From Spirochaetia bacterium (GTDB taxonomy: Bacteria; Spirochaetota; Spirochaetia; CADAEX01): a DNA stretch of 64,000 bases. Numbering within the stretch: position 1 is the stretch's first letter; every line of letters starts with the position of its first letter. The DNA lies in contig OY759746.1 in NCBI GenBank assembly GCA_963662795.1, positions 2,592,001 through 2,656,000 on the forward strand, given 5' to 3'. The translations under genes and the position numbers were made by a program. The notes under the pieces were generated by a model. It did not search any database. It saw only the letters and a program-made list of their open reading frames with translations, and was not told where the DNA came from. Positions 8,665 to 19,124 of the stretch are shown in pieces.

Positions 8665-10524
8665 TTAATCTCCAATTCCTTTTGCCATATCTGTCCCCTG
8701 ATATTTGCGGATAATGTAAATCCCCAGCAGGCTCAGGAACACAAGTATCATTGCTATTGCGTCACCAAACTGGTGATATCCGCCTTCGGTGTATCTGAAA
8801 GTCATTGTCGGGAGTATTTTTGTCTCAGGAGTTACAAGTAATACAATAAGAGACAGCTCCCTCATCGTTGATATAAATGAAAGCATAAAACCGGCTACAA
8901 AGCCGCTCTTTGTCAGCGGGTAAATAATCTTTGTAAATTTTGTCCAGAAACCGGCTCCGACGAGAGTCCCGGCCTCTTCAAGTGATTTGTCTATCTGCAT
9001 CATGGCCGCGGACCCGGTCCTGGATGAAAACGGAAGACGTTTGGCAAGCGATACAATTACAAGCAGTGCGAACGTTCCGTAAAGTGAAGGGAAGAATCCG
9101 ATCGGCCTGGAAAACATTCCGAGGTATACTGCGCCGAACGCGATTGAGGGAATAATATAGGGTGCGAATGAAAAAGTATCGCAGGCTGATGCGAGTTTTG
9201 TTCCTCTGCCTCTGACTATCGCGTAGCCCAGGAAAATACCGATTATTCCGGCTAAAATGGATACAGTTATTGAGAGTCTTATGGAATTCCATGTTGTAAG
9301 CCATATATCAGGATTGCGGAGTATTCCGGCCTGGCCTTCACCCAGTACTATTCCGCTTTTTCCTATTGTATTTGATGCTCCTATCCAGTAATGGAGAGTA
9401 AAGTTGCTTAATGAATAGTTCCCGTTTACTTCCATAAAGGTTTGATAAAGAAGAACATAGAGCGGAAGGAAAATACAGGTAACAACAAATAACATTACAA
9501 GGGCAAAAATAAACCACTTAGCCTTGCCAAGATTCATCGGTTTAGACCTGAATCCTTTACCTGATATTGTTACATAGCTTTTTCTTGCCCCGATTACCTT
9601 TACGTTCATGTAAATAGTCAATCCGGATATAATTATCATTATTATTGCTATAATGAATGCATCTCCGGGGAGATTGTTCCTGATAGCACTGTATATCTGA
9701 GTCGCAAGGGTTGTATAGGAAACAGGAAGCCCCAGGAAAGCCGGCGTTCCGAAAGTTCCAAGACCTTTTGAAAAAGTCAGAATAAAAGCTGAAAGGATAG
9801 CAGGCATAACAAGAGGCAGTGTTATTTTTGACATAACCTGTCTTCTGTTTGCACCGAGAAGCGCACCTGTTTCTTCAAGGTTAGAATCTATCGAGGCAAG
9901 CGCGCCTGATACCGTAATGAAGGAAAAAGCATAATAGTGAAGCGAAAGGCAGATTATTATCGGCACAGGGCCGTAGGAAAGCCAGTCGGGCGGGGCGATG
10001 CCGGTGAGATACTGAAACCATCCCTGACTTCCACCTATTCTCTGGTTTTTAAACAGGGTAAGCCAGGCAAGGGCTATCGGCCAGGACGGGATGACATAGG
10101 GTATAGTTGCTACATTGGCAATTATTTTCTTGTACGGCAGATCGGTTCTTACAACAAGGTATGCCAGAATACACCCTATCAGCATAGACAGGATTGTAAG
10201 GCCTCCTGTTACAACAATTGAGTTTAATAATGGTTTATAGAACATGTTTTTTGAAACATCGCTGTAAAAAACCCTCTCAAGGTGCACAAGAGTAAAATTT
10301 CCCGGAACTGCCTTTAATCCGTGCAGAACTACCTGTGGAAGTCTTCTGTCCGAAAGTGTAAATGTAAAAGCGGTCTGGAAAATATTGATAAGAGGCATGA
10401 ATACAAAAAATACAAGAAGGGCAAGCAGGATTATTCCCATTACCCTTTCCGGTTTTTTAATTTCCCTGCCTGTTTTCCGAAGGAGAGGACTGTTAAATCC
10501 CTCTGTTTTGACTGATATGCTCAT
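8665..10524 (-). CDS. ABC transporter permease, fused two-module FbpB/AfuB type
   Basis: Two EAA loops (IDSNLEETGALLGA, IDKSLEEAGTLVGA) and many TM helices. Start moved to ATG 10524, which has a SD. Confidence 0.92.
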   Translation of the reverse strand: MSISVKTEGFNSPLLRKTGREIKKPERVMGIILLALLVFFVFMPLINIFQTAFTFTLSDRRLPQVVLHGLKAVPGNFTLVHLERVFYSDVSKNMFYKPLLNSIVVTGGLTILSMLIGCILAYLVVRTDLPYKKIIANVATIPYVIPSWPIALAWLTLFKNQRIGGSQGWFQYLTGIAPPDWLSYGPVPIIICLSLHYYAFSFITVSGALASIDSNLEETGALLGANRRQVMSKITLPLVMPAILSAFILTFSKGLGTFGTPAFLGLPVSYTTLATQIYSAIRNNLPGDAFIIAIIMIIISGLTIYMNVKVIGARKSYVTISGKGFRSKPMNLGKAKWFIFALVMLFVVTCIFLPLYVLLYQTFMEVNGNYSLSNFTLHYWIGASNTIGKSGIVLGEGQAGILRNPDIWLTTWNSIRLSITVSILAGIIGIFLGYAIVRGRGTKLASACDTFSFAPYIIPSIAFGAVYLGMFSRPIGFFPSLYGTFALLVIVSLAKRLPFSSRTGSAAMMQIDKSLEEAGTLVGAGFWTKFTKIIYPLTKSGFVAGFMLSFISTMRELSLIVLLVTPETKILPTMTFRYTEGGYHQFGDAIAMILVFLSLLGIYIIRKYQGTDMAKGIGD

Positions 10525-10790
10525 CAGATTCCCCTTGTATTCAATTTGATTGAAAAAGTATAAACCAGCTTTTATTAAAAGTAAAGATTTTTTCATAATG
10601 AATTAAAAATGCATAAAGTTTTCCATTTTAGATGAAATATTGGATATTTTTTTGATAATTGCGATAAAAATGAAAATAATTTTTACATTTATCAAATCCT
10701 GCTGCATTCAGTACCGGGCTGTATGCAGAGTTTTTATGAATTATGAGTTGTTTTGAAAGAAGATAAGATAAGGGTTTACAGCGGGGCTGT

Positions 10791-11066
10791 TTATTTTTTT
10801 GCGGTAACCTTGATAATGTGATAACCGAACTGTGTTGATATTACATCGCTGACAGATCCTGCGCCGGTTTTTTTTACAGCATCCTCAAATGGTTTTACCA
10901 TCTGCCCGGGACCGAACCAACCGAGATCCCCTCCCTTTGATTTACTGGGGCATGTGGAATACTCTCTGGCGAGTGATTCAAAATTGGCGCCCTGTTTAAT
11001 TTTTTTGAGAAGCTCTTCTGCCAGGCGCCTGTCTTTAATAAGTATATGACTTGCTTTCCATTCCAT
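10791..11066 (-). CDS. ppiC: Parvulin-type peptidyl-prolyl isomerase
   Basis: ASHILIK, FESLAREYSTCPSKSKGGDLGWF, QMVKPFE, TQFGYHII. Confidence 0.93.
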   Translation of the reverse strand: MEWKASHILIKDRRLAEELLKKIKQGANFESLAREYSTCPSKSKGGDLGWFGPGQMVKPFEDAVKKTGAGSVSDVISTQFGYHIIKVTAKK

Positions 11067-11104
11067 GAATCAACATTATAACATATTAAAAATATTCTCA
11101 AGCA

Positions 11105-12576
11105 TCAGAAGCCGGCCCCAAGAACCTTTCTTATTACTGACAGCAGATCCTTTAATGCGTATGGTTTTGAAATGACCTCTGATGCTCCCTTAAGTAGTAA
11201 TCCTTTTTCAGGCAGATTGCTGGAATAACCGCTTGCAATGATAATTTTTAAATCAGGAGAAGCGGCAATCAGCTTTTTCAGGCTTTTCTGCCCCCCATAC
11301 CGGGCATGTTAATATCAGGTACAGCAATATCTATCGCTTTTACCAGTTTATTTAAGATTTCAATTGCTTCTTCACCCGATTCAGCCTGGATAACATTATA
11401 TCCGTAATGAGTCAGACTAATGTTCATGAAATCAAGAATCGCTTTATTATCATCAACAATCATCACCGTTTCTCTGCCGGCTGTAATTTTTCTGTCAATA
11501 ATATTCTGCTTGGTTTTTTTATTGATAATGTCTTCTTCGGATGCCGGAAAAAAGAGATGGAAGACTGTTCCGCTGTCCGGAGAACTGTCGCATGTCAGAA
11601 ATCCTCCGTGGCTTTTTACAATTCCATAAACGGTTGAAAATCCCAGCCCTGTTCCTTTCCCGGTTTCTTTTGTTGTAAAGAACGGGTCATAAATCTTTCC
11701 TGAAATACTGCTGTCAATTCCGCATCCTGTATCTGAAATATCAAGAAAAGTGTATTTTCTGCAGGGTATCAGTCTGTTCTCGGAGAAAAACTTCTCCTTA
11801 ATATCTTCAGGACCGGTTTCAATCCTGAGTAATCCGCCGTCAGGCATCGCATCAGATGCCTTGCTGCACAAATTAAGGATAATCTAGCGGTTCTGCTTTT
11901 ACAGGGTAAACATTATTATCAAGCCTGGTTTCAATTTTTATCATTTTGGGAATCGTTCTCTCAATTATTTTAAGCGAATGATTGACCGAGACATTGATGT
12001 TTGATGTTATCTTGACAGATTCCGTTTTTCTGCTGAATAAACGCATCTGTTTGACAAGCCTTGCCGCGCATTCTGCAAGGACCTGATTTTCTGTTATATC
12101 GATTACCGGATCTTTATCATAAAATGTTCCGGTATAATTTTTTAAAGTGTTTGACGCCATGCGTGCAGTTTGATTTTCCGCTGGGCTTCATCCAGCAGGT
12201 GATAAAATGACGTGGTGCTTTCTGTTTGTGCTTCCAGTTCATCAAGAACTTTCATCAGCGACTCGTGCAGTTTATGGGAATATGAATAGTCATTAAGCTT
12301 TATTTTTAAGAGCAGCAGCTGTTCTTCTGTTTTCTCCATTTTAATATCCCTTAGAATTACAAGAACCTCCCGCCTTCCGCTGACAACCATCCTTGATTCA
12401 AACCATTTTAAATCATCTTTGATTCTTATTCTGAATTCGAAACTCTGCGATTCTCCCGATTTAAGGGCTTCCGTTACTTTCTCCATTGTCAGTAATGCAG
12501 TTTCCGCCGGGAAAATATCTGCTATGCTTTTTTCGATAAAATCCGCTCTGGACATGAAAAATACAGTTTTCAGCAC
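11105..12576 (-). pseudogene. Decayed hybrid sensor histidine kinase (PAS, partial GAF, HATPase_c, receiver)
   Basis: Fragments in several frames: PAS-like 12142-12576, ISDTGCGI..DPFFTTKETGKGTGLG, and receiver VMIVDDN..DINMPGMGG, which continues after a frameshift as IIIASGY..SKPY to TGA at 11105. No intact H-box seen. Confidence 0.82.
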
Positions 12577-12665
12577 TATCGAATTTCAGCCTGTCAGCTC
12601 TATTGTCTTATAAATAACTTGCCCGCTGAATAATCTGCCTATATACTCCTTTAAGAGGTATAAAC

Positions 12666-13226
12666 ATGAAAAAACTGGTGGCAGCAGCGGTACTGATTCT
12701 TATCAGTGCTGCAGCGTTTGCCGGCCCGGAAATTGCCGGTGTTGCAGTTTCGGATTCTGTATCCTATGGCGGAAAACAGTACAGTTTAAACGGTGCCGGG
12801 ATAAGAAAAAAACTTGTATTGAAACTTTATGTAGGCTCACTATACGCTGAAAAGAAGATTACGGATGAAAAAGAAGTGCTTAGAGGGCCGGTTTCTTCGG
12901 TTATCAGGCTTGATATAATCTCAGGCATTATTACCAGCAAACTGATGAAAGAGACAGTACAGGAAGGATTTGATAAAGCTATGGACGGCGATACATCCTC
13001 CCTTCAGGACAGGATTGACAGCTTTATTGCTGTTTTCAGTGATGAAATTTCCAAAGGCGATTCATTTATCTTTGTAAGCGTTCCTGGCAAAGGGGTAACT
13101 GCGTATAAGGGAGATAAAGAGCTTGTCGTGATAAATGACGACAGATTCCGTGAAGTTCTTTTTACCATCTGGCTTGGAAGCGACCCTGCTGATAAAAATC
13201 TTAAAAAAGAGATGCTCGGCGGCTGA
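12666..13226 (+). CDS. Secreted chalcone-isomerase-like fold protein
   Basis: Signal peptide. LNGAGIRKKLVLKLYVGSLY and LFTIWLGSDPADKNLKKEMLG. Confidence 0.85.
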   Translation: MKKLVAAAVLILISAAAFAGPEIAGVAVSDSVSYGGKQYSLNGAGIRKKLVLKLYVGSLYAEKKITDEKEVLRGPVSSVIRLDIISGIITSKLMKETVQEGFDKAMDGDTSSLQDRIDSFIAVFSDEISKGDSFIFVSVPGKGVTAYKGDKELVVINDDRFREVLFTIWLGSDPADKNLKKEMLGG

Positions 13227-13276
13227 TAACTGATAATCCATTTCGTAATAATTAACCCGCTGATGCACAATACGTT

Positions 13277-14011
13277 TTAATTACTGCTGTTATAAAAATC
13301 AACAGCCTTTGCAAGCTCGTTTATGCAGATATCTTCATATCCTCTGTAAAGTGATATGATATTATCCTGCCTGAGGCTGTTGTCTTTTTTCAGCAGCAGC
13401 GGGAAAATACTATGGGTCGAGACTACAAGCTGGTATTTTTTTATTAGGCGGGGAAAAATTTCCTTCCAGAGAAACGCCTGGCCCGCGAATCCTATATGGT
13501 TGTCAATTTCATCAAGAAGAAGTGTAGGTCTGTCCTCTTTCTTCATTTTCCAGGTGAGGAATCTGTCCTCAATATAATTTATAAGCTCATTTATCAGTCC
13601 TATCCGCTTTTCACCTGTTGAGCGGAGATTGGTAAAATCATCAAAAAAATCAGGATTGATAAATGATTTTTCAGAATTGGCATAACAGTCCTGGAAGAAA
13701 ACCGGACTGCCGTCCCATTCAACAGAATAAGCAGAATTTGCTGTTTCCATACTGATTAGCCGGGATGATGACGGGACGGTGCCGCCAACTGTCTCGACAC
13801 TGTTTTGTTCCATTATTGACTGCTGATACACATCTGACCATCCGCCGCCTGCACACCCTGCGGATTCTGCAAGCGCTTTGAGAATTGAACTCTTCCCTGA
13901 TCCGTTCGGACCGGACAGCAGATTGAGTCTGTTATTGAATTGAATCTTTTTTCTGCCAATCCCGGGAAGTTTTACCTGATATCCTCTGTCAAACTTTATT
14001 GAACTTATCAT
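13277..14011 (-). CDS. Stand-alone ABC/AAA-type ATPase
   Basis: Walker A GPNGSGKS, signature-like STGE, Walker B LLLDEID, switch STHS. Confidence 0.8.
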   Translation of the reverse strand: MISSIKFDRGYQVKLPGIGRKKIQFNNRLNLLSGPNGSGKSSILKALAESAGCAGGGWSDVYQQSIMEQNSVETVGGTVPSSSRLISMETANSAYSVEWDGSPVFFQDCYANSEKSFINPDFFDDFTNLRSTGEKRIGLINELINYIEDRFLTWKMKKEDRPTLLLDEIDNHIGFAGQAFLWKEIFPRLIKKYQLVVSTHSIFPLLLKKDNSLRQDNIISLYRGYEDICINELAKAVDFYNSSN

Positions 14012-14139
14012 CTGTTCAGCTTACCTCTTGAGAGCATAATGGAATTTATAGTATAACAGATTTAATATATAATTTCAGCTGTATACGATTTTAATATTCT
14101 AAATTGACAAGCCATTTCAGAGAGAATAATCTTTTAAAT

Positions 14140-16740
14140 ATGAAAAGTAGCTCTTTTAAAAATATTACCATTGTTTTCCTGAAAATATTTTTTCCTCTTT
14201 TTTTATTTACACTTGCGGGCTTTGCAGTGCATTCAGCCCTTATTGAATTCAGGTCTGTAGACCTTGCTAGAAAGATACATGAAACTCCTTTTGACAGACT
14301 TATGCTTTCGCTTTTATTTACCGGTTTGGCGTATTTCTTTTCAATCGGATATGACAGGACAGCTGTAAAGATTGTCGGAGGCAAATTACCTTTCCGGAAA
14401 AATGCCCTGCTGACTTCAATAAGCTACGGGATCGGTAACAGCACGGGTTTAGGCGGTGCCGGGACGAATTCTGTCAGGTTCCATTTGTATTCCCAATGGG
14501 GCTATTCGCTTTCCGATATCGCAAAAATAGTATTATATGCCGCCATCTCCTTCTGGATAGGTTTTCTTTTTTTGGGTGTTTTTCTATTCCCGATGATTAA
14601 ATTACCCGTAGGGTGGAATGCAGGACTTAATCTGCCGTTATGGCCCCTCTCTGTTTTTTTTGCTGTTTTAATCCTCACATACTTTGCTTTGCCGTTTTTT
14701 AAAATAAGGATTTTATCTTTCAGGAATGTTTCGGTTGAGATACCTTCCTTTTTTATATCTGTTCAGCAGCTGTTTTTTTCCGTCGCTGACTGGCTTTTTT
14801 CATCGCTGGCTCTTTATATTTTTTTCCCTGAAATAACATTTTCGGGATTTATAGCATTTTCAGGTTTTTTCCTTTTTTCCCAGTTAATCGGAATGTTAAG
14901 CAACATCCCCGGCGGTCTTGGAGTTTTTGAGGCAGGAATTGTCTTATTTGCTTCATCCTCCGGTTTTGATCCTGCATCAACTCTATCCAATCTCATTTTA
15001 TTCAGAATAACCTATTACTTTATTCCTCTTTGTGCAGGTTCCCTGCTTCTGATTTTCCATGAAATACGGGTAAGACAGGAGGCGGTTTACAGTACTGTTA
15101 AAGGGATCCTGTCTTCTTTTTCAAAAATTATACCTGAAACAGCGGCTGTAATAACCTTTATAACAGGAGCTTTCCTTGTTATCACAGGCGCCTTCCCCGA
15201 CAGTTCCGACAGGCTTAAGGCTCTCAGTGTTTTTGTTCCGCTTGTATTGATAGAGTCATCCCATTTTTTTGCGAGCCTTACCGGAACTGCCATGCTTTTC
15301 GTGGCAAATGGTCTCAGACGGCGGATAAAGGCCTCATGGACAATTACTGTTTTTCTCATGTCGGCCGGATGTGTTTTCAGTATCCTGAAAGGATTTGATT
15401 TTGAAAAGGTTTTTGCCATTTTGCTGTTTATTTCTGTTTTGATATACGGAAGAAAAGAATTTTACAGACTTGAAAAACTGTTTGTTTCATATCTCCGGAC
15501 AGAGCAAATTGTCATTACGGGAATAGTTATAGTTTTTTCAATCTGGCTGGGTTTTTTCAACTACAAACATGTTGACTATTCGCATGAGCTGTGGTGGCAG
15601 TTTACCCTGCTGGGGCATGCTCCGAGATTTCTCAGGGGAGAAGCAGGCGTTATCTGTCTCGTGATTCTGCTTGGTATTATACGGATCGTACATCCGGGGG
15701 TCCCCCGTTCCTTTAAAAAATCAGAAGAGGAAACAGCAGGGGAAGACCTTGATTCAGCTTACAGGCTTGCCTTGTCATCCCCGTCCTCCTGTTCCTTTCT
15801 TGCGCTGACGGGCGACAAGAAATTATTATTCAGTACAACAGGCAGCTCTTTCATTATGTCCGGTACAATGAAAAATACCAGGGTCAGTATGGGAAATCCG
15901 GTCGGGGACAGGGAAGAATGGCAGGAGCTGATCTGGGAATTTATTGAAGATGCGGACAGGAACAACGCAAGGGCCGCTTTCTATCACGTTGATAAATCAT
16001 CGCTTGATTTGTATCTTGAGGCTGGTATGAATTTTTTCAAGATCGGGGAAGTGGCGAGGGTGAATCTGGAAGGGTTTACGCTTGATACGCCTGAAAGAAA
16101 GCATATAAGGTACAGTTACAGAAAAGGGGAAAAGGACGGACTTCTTTTTGAGGTTGTTTACCCGCCTCACAGCGGGGAACTTCTTGAGAAACTGAAAAAT
16201 ATTTCTGACAGATGGTTGAGTGATAAAAATACAGCTGAAAAGGGATTTTCCCTTGGCTTTTTTTCTGAAGCATATTTCAATTACTGTCCGTGTGCATTAG
16301 TGAAAAAAGAAAACAGCATTCTTGCTTTTGCCAATTTATGGCTTCCTGATAACAGGGAAGAATTCTCCATTGATCTTATGCGGTTTCTTCAGGAGGCACC
16401 GTCCGGTATTATGGATTATCTCTTTACATCGCTTCTCCTCTGGGGAAGCGGAAAGGGATACAGGTTTTTTAATCTGGGAGCTGCTCCGTTATCAGGTCTT
16501 ACAAGCCGCCCTTCCGCTCCTGCATGGAATAAGCTGGGCAACTTTATTTTCAGTCATGGAGAGCATTTTTATAATTTCGGGGGCTTAAGAAAATTCAAGG
16601 AAAAGTTTTACCCGGTCTGGGAACCTGAATATATTGCATGCAGACCAGGTTTAAATGTCCCGTTTATAATCTCCGATATTACATCCCTCATTTCCGGCGG
16701 AGTGAAGGGGATATTCAGCAGAAAATCCAAAACAGGATGA
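14140..16740 (+). CDS. mprF: Bifunctional aminoacyl-phosphatidylglycerol flippase/synthase
   Basis: Multi-TM N-half with PGGLGVFE. C-half with KIGEVARV, EKGFSLGFF, SIDLMRF, FNLGAAPLSG, FYNFGGLRKFKEKF. Confidence 0.93.
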   Translation: MKSSSFKNITIVFLKIFFPLFLFTLAGFAVHSALIEFRSVDLARKIHETPFDRLMLSLLFTGLAYFFSIGYDRTAVKIVGGKLPFRKNALLTSISYGIGNSTGLGGAGTNSVRFHLYSQWGYSLSDIAKIVLYAAISFWIGFLFLGVFLFPMIKLPVGWNAGLNLPLWPLSVFFAVLILTYFALPFFKIRILSFRNVSVEIPSFFISVQQLFFSVADWLFSSLALYIFFPEITFSGFIAFSGFFLFSQLIGMLSNIPGGLGVFEAGIVLFASSSGFDPASTLSNLILFRITYYFIPLCAGSLLLIFHEIRVRQEAVYSTVKGILSSFSKIIPETAAVITFITGAFLVITGAFPDSSDRLKALSVFVPLVLIESSHFFASLTGTAMLFVANGLRRRIKASWTITVFLMSAGCVFSILKGFDFEKVFAILLFISVLIYGRKEFYRLEKLFVSYLRTEQIVITGIVIVFSIWLGFFNYKHVDYSHELWWQFTLLGHAPRFLRGEAGVICLVILLGIIRIVHPGVPRSFKKSEEETAGEDLDSAYRLALSSPSSCSFLALTGDKKLLFSTTGSSFIMSGTMKNTRVSMGNPVGDREEWQELIWEFIEDADRNNARAAFYHVDKSSLDLYLEAGMNFFKIGEVARVNLEGFTLDTPERKHIRYSYRKGEKDGLLFEVVYPPHSGELLEKLKNISDRWLSDKNTAEKGFSLGFFSEAYFNYCPCALVKKENSILAFANLWLPDNREEFSIDLMRFLQEAPSGIMDYLFTSLLLWGSGKGYRFFNLGAAPLSGLTSRPSAPAWNKLGNFIFSHGEHFYNFGGLRKFKEKFYPVWEPEYIACRPGLNVPFIISDITSLISGGVKGIFSRKSKTG

Positions 16741-16747
16741 GTTATTA

Positions 16748-16776
16748 TTGACTTTTTATTGCATTGATTATATCAT
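16748..16776 (+). promoter_or_regulatory. Putative sigma70 promoter of the isc/nif operon
   Basis: TTGACT-17 bp-TATCAT, 31 bp upstream of the Rrf2 start. Confidence 0.55.
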
Positions 16777-16807
16777 ATTAAAGCAGTAGGAAATAAAGGA
16801 AGTATCG

Positions 16808-17242
16808 ATGTTTCAAATTTCAACAAGATTAAGATATGGATTAAGGGCTCTTACATATCTTACCACGAACGGGGGTACCGGTACAGTGAGCCTTCATGAA
16901 ATTGCGGAAAAAGAGGGGATTTCGAGAAAGTATCTTGAAAATATATTTAAACTCCTTAAAAAGGGCAATATAACAAGAAGCGTAAGAGGTCGTGAAGGCG
17001 GTTATGCGCTTATAAAGAAACCTGACGAGATAGGGCTTTATGAGATTGCCTCTGCTCTTGAGGGGAAAGTTGCGCTTCTTGACTGTATTGATGATAATGG
17101 ACTGTGCGAAAACAGTTCTGAATGCGGAGTAAGAAGTTTCTGGGCAGATTACCAGGAATATGTTAAAAAATATATGATCAATATAACTCTTGCCCAGGTA
17201 ATTGACAGGTATTATGGGAAAAAAATAACTTACAGGTTTTAA
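16808..17242 (+). CDS. iscR: Rrf2-family regulator (IscR-like)
   Basis: ISTRLRYGLRAL, ISRKYLENIF, SVRGREGGY, three Cys (C-x6-C-x5-C). Precedes a cysteine desulfurase. Confidence 0.8.
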   Translation: MFQISTRLRYGLRALTYLTTNGGTGTVSLHEIAEKEGISRKYLENIFKLLKKGNITRSVRGREGGYALIKKPDEIGLYEIASALEGKVALLDCIDDNGLCENSSECGVRSFWADYQEYVKKYMINITLAQVIDRYYGKKITYRF

Positions 17243-17267
17243 TTTCAGGTAAAAAGGGGTTTTTCTG

Positions 17268-18473
17268 ATGAGTGAATCAAAAAAAATTTATATGGATTAC
17301 AATGCGACAACACCTATCCGGCAGGAAGTAAAAGAGGCACTTATAGAAAGCTTTGATTTGTACGGGAACCCGTCAAGTCTTCATACACCGGGCCGGCTTG
17401 CGACGGAGAAAATTGTTGAAGCAAGGATTAACATAGCAAAGCTGATAAATGCCGAACCTGATGAGATAATATTTACGGCAGGCGGATCTGAATCAAACAA
17501 TACAGTCTTAAAATATGTAGTTTGCAGTCCCAATAAGGGATGTTCAGGCGGATGCTGCAGCAAGGCAGGACGGGACCAGATTATAACTACAGCAATTGAG
17601 CACCCCAGTATAATTTCAACAATGGATTTTATAAAAGATCAGGGGGGGACGCCTGTAATGCTGGGTGTTGACAGCAAGGGAAAGATTGATCTTAAAGAGC
17701 TTGAAGAGAGCATTACAGATAAAACAGCGCTTATATCGGTTATGATGGCTAATAATGAAATCGGTACAATCCAGGATATTAAAGAAATTGCCCGGATAGG
17801 AAAGAAACACGGGGTGCTTGTTCACACCGATGCTGTTCAGGCTGCAGGAAAAATACCTATTGATGTAAAAGACCTTGGAGTTGATTATCTTTCCCTTTCA
17901 GGCCACAAGATTTATGCTCCCAAAGGCATTGGAATTCTTTATGCCAGAAGAAAAGCACCATACTGTCCTTTTATACATGGCGGGCATCAGGAAGACGGCA
18001 GAAGGGCCGGGACACTTAATAATCTCGGGATAATAGGTTTCGGCAGGGCGGCTGAACTCGCGCTGAAGGAAATTGACATGGAATATAAGACCATGCAGCG
18101 GCTGAGGGACAGGCTAAAGGCAGGAATTGTAAAATCAGTCCCTGATATTACAGTTAACGGACATGAAACCGACGTTCTTCCAAATACACTGAATGTTTCT
18201 TTCGCAGGGGCGGAAGGTGAATCCATACTTCTTTATCTTGATATGGAGGGGATAGCCGTATCAACCGGCTCTGCCTGTTCTTCAGACTCTCTTGAGCCTT
18301 CACAGGTCCTTTTGTCAATCGGACTTGGTCCCGAGCTTGCCCATGGCTCTATAAGGTTCAGTCTTGGAAGGGAAAATACGGAAAGCGATATTGATTATGT
18401 CATAGAAAAACTGCCGCCGGTAATAGCTAAAATCAGAAAGATGTCGACGGCCTATACAGGAGGGAAAAAATGA
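17268..18473 (+). CDS. nifS: Cysteine desulfurase (NifS/IscS)
   Basis: YMDYNATTP, HTDAVQA, SGHKIYAPKG, STGSACSS. Confidence 0.93.
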   Translation: MSESKKIYMDYNATTPIRQEVKEALIESFDLYGNPSSLHTPGRLATEKIVEARINIAKLINAEPDEIIFTAGGSESNNTVLKYVVCSPNKGCSGGCCSKAGRDQIITTAIEHPSIISTMDFIKDQGGTPVMLGVDSKGKIDLKELEESITDKTALISVMMANNEIGTIQDIKEIARIGKKHGVLVHTDAVQAAGKIPIDVKDLGVDYLSLSGHKIYAPKGIGILYARRKAPYCPFIHGGHQEDGRRAGTLNNLGIIGFGRAAELALKEIDMEYKTMQRLRDRLKAGIVKSVPDITVNGHETDVLPNTLNVSFAGAEGESILLYLDMEGIAVSTGSACSSDSLEPSQVLLSIGLGPELAHGSIRFSLGRENTESDIDYVIEKLPPVIAKIRKMSTAYTGGKK

Positions 18474-19066
18474 CTGCAGGATCATGGTTATATACAGAAA
18501 AAGTAAAGGAACATTTTACAAATCCCAGAAATATTCTGGATGATGAAGATAAATATGACAGCGATGGCAGGGGAGAAGTTGGAAATATTACCTGCGGCGA
18601 CCAGATGCTTGTTGTTATCAAGGTTAAAGATGATAAAATAACAGATTGTAAATGGAAAACCTACGGGTGCGCAAGCGCAATTGCAAGTACTTCTATGATG
18701 TCAGAGATGGTTATCGGAATGGATCTGAAAGAAGCATATCACATCAAGCCTGAAGATATTGTAAAAAGCCTTGACGGCCTTCCTGAACACAAAATTCATT
18801 GTTCAGTTCTCGGCGACAGGGCACTGCGGGCAGCTATTGAGGATTACTACAGACGCAACGGCCTTGAGAATGAGATTGAAGTTGAACCGGCAAGGGTTGT
18901 CTGCCACTGTAAAAATATTACAGACCGGGAAATTGAGGATTTTGTTAAAAACGGCGGTAAAACATTTGAAGAGCTTCAGGAAAAAACTGAAATCGGGACT
19001 GTCTGTGGCGGGTGTGTGGATGAAGTGAAAGAACTTCTCCATGACTATCATCATATATACGGATAG
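18470..19066 (+). CDS. nifU: Fe-S scaffold (NifU_N/IscU) fused to a BFD-like [2Fe-2S] domain
   Basis: GNITCGD, TYGCASAIAS, HKIHCS. C-terminal VCHC...GTVCGGC. Confidence 0.88.
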   Translation: MTAGSWLYTEKVKEHFTNPRNILDDEDKYDSDGRGEVGNITCGDQMLVVIKVKDDKITDCKWKTYGCASAIASTSMMSEMVIGMDLKEAYHIKPEDIVKSLDGLPEHKIHCSVLGDRALRAAIEDYYRRNGLENEIEVEPARVVCHCKNITDREIEDFVKNGGKTFEELQEKTEIGTVCGGCVDEVKELLHDYHHIYG

Positions 19067-19096
19067 TCAAAGATTATTTTTTGCATAAAACTGATT

Positions 19097-19124
19097 AAAG
19101 GTCTCTTTTTAAGAGGCCTTTTTT
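19097..19124 (+). terminator. Intrinsic terminator of the nifSU operon
   Basis: AAAGGTCTCTT-ttt-AAGAGGCCTTT followed by a T run. Confidence 0.75.
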
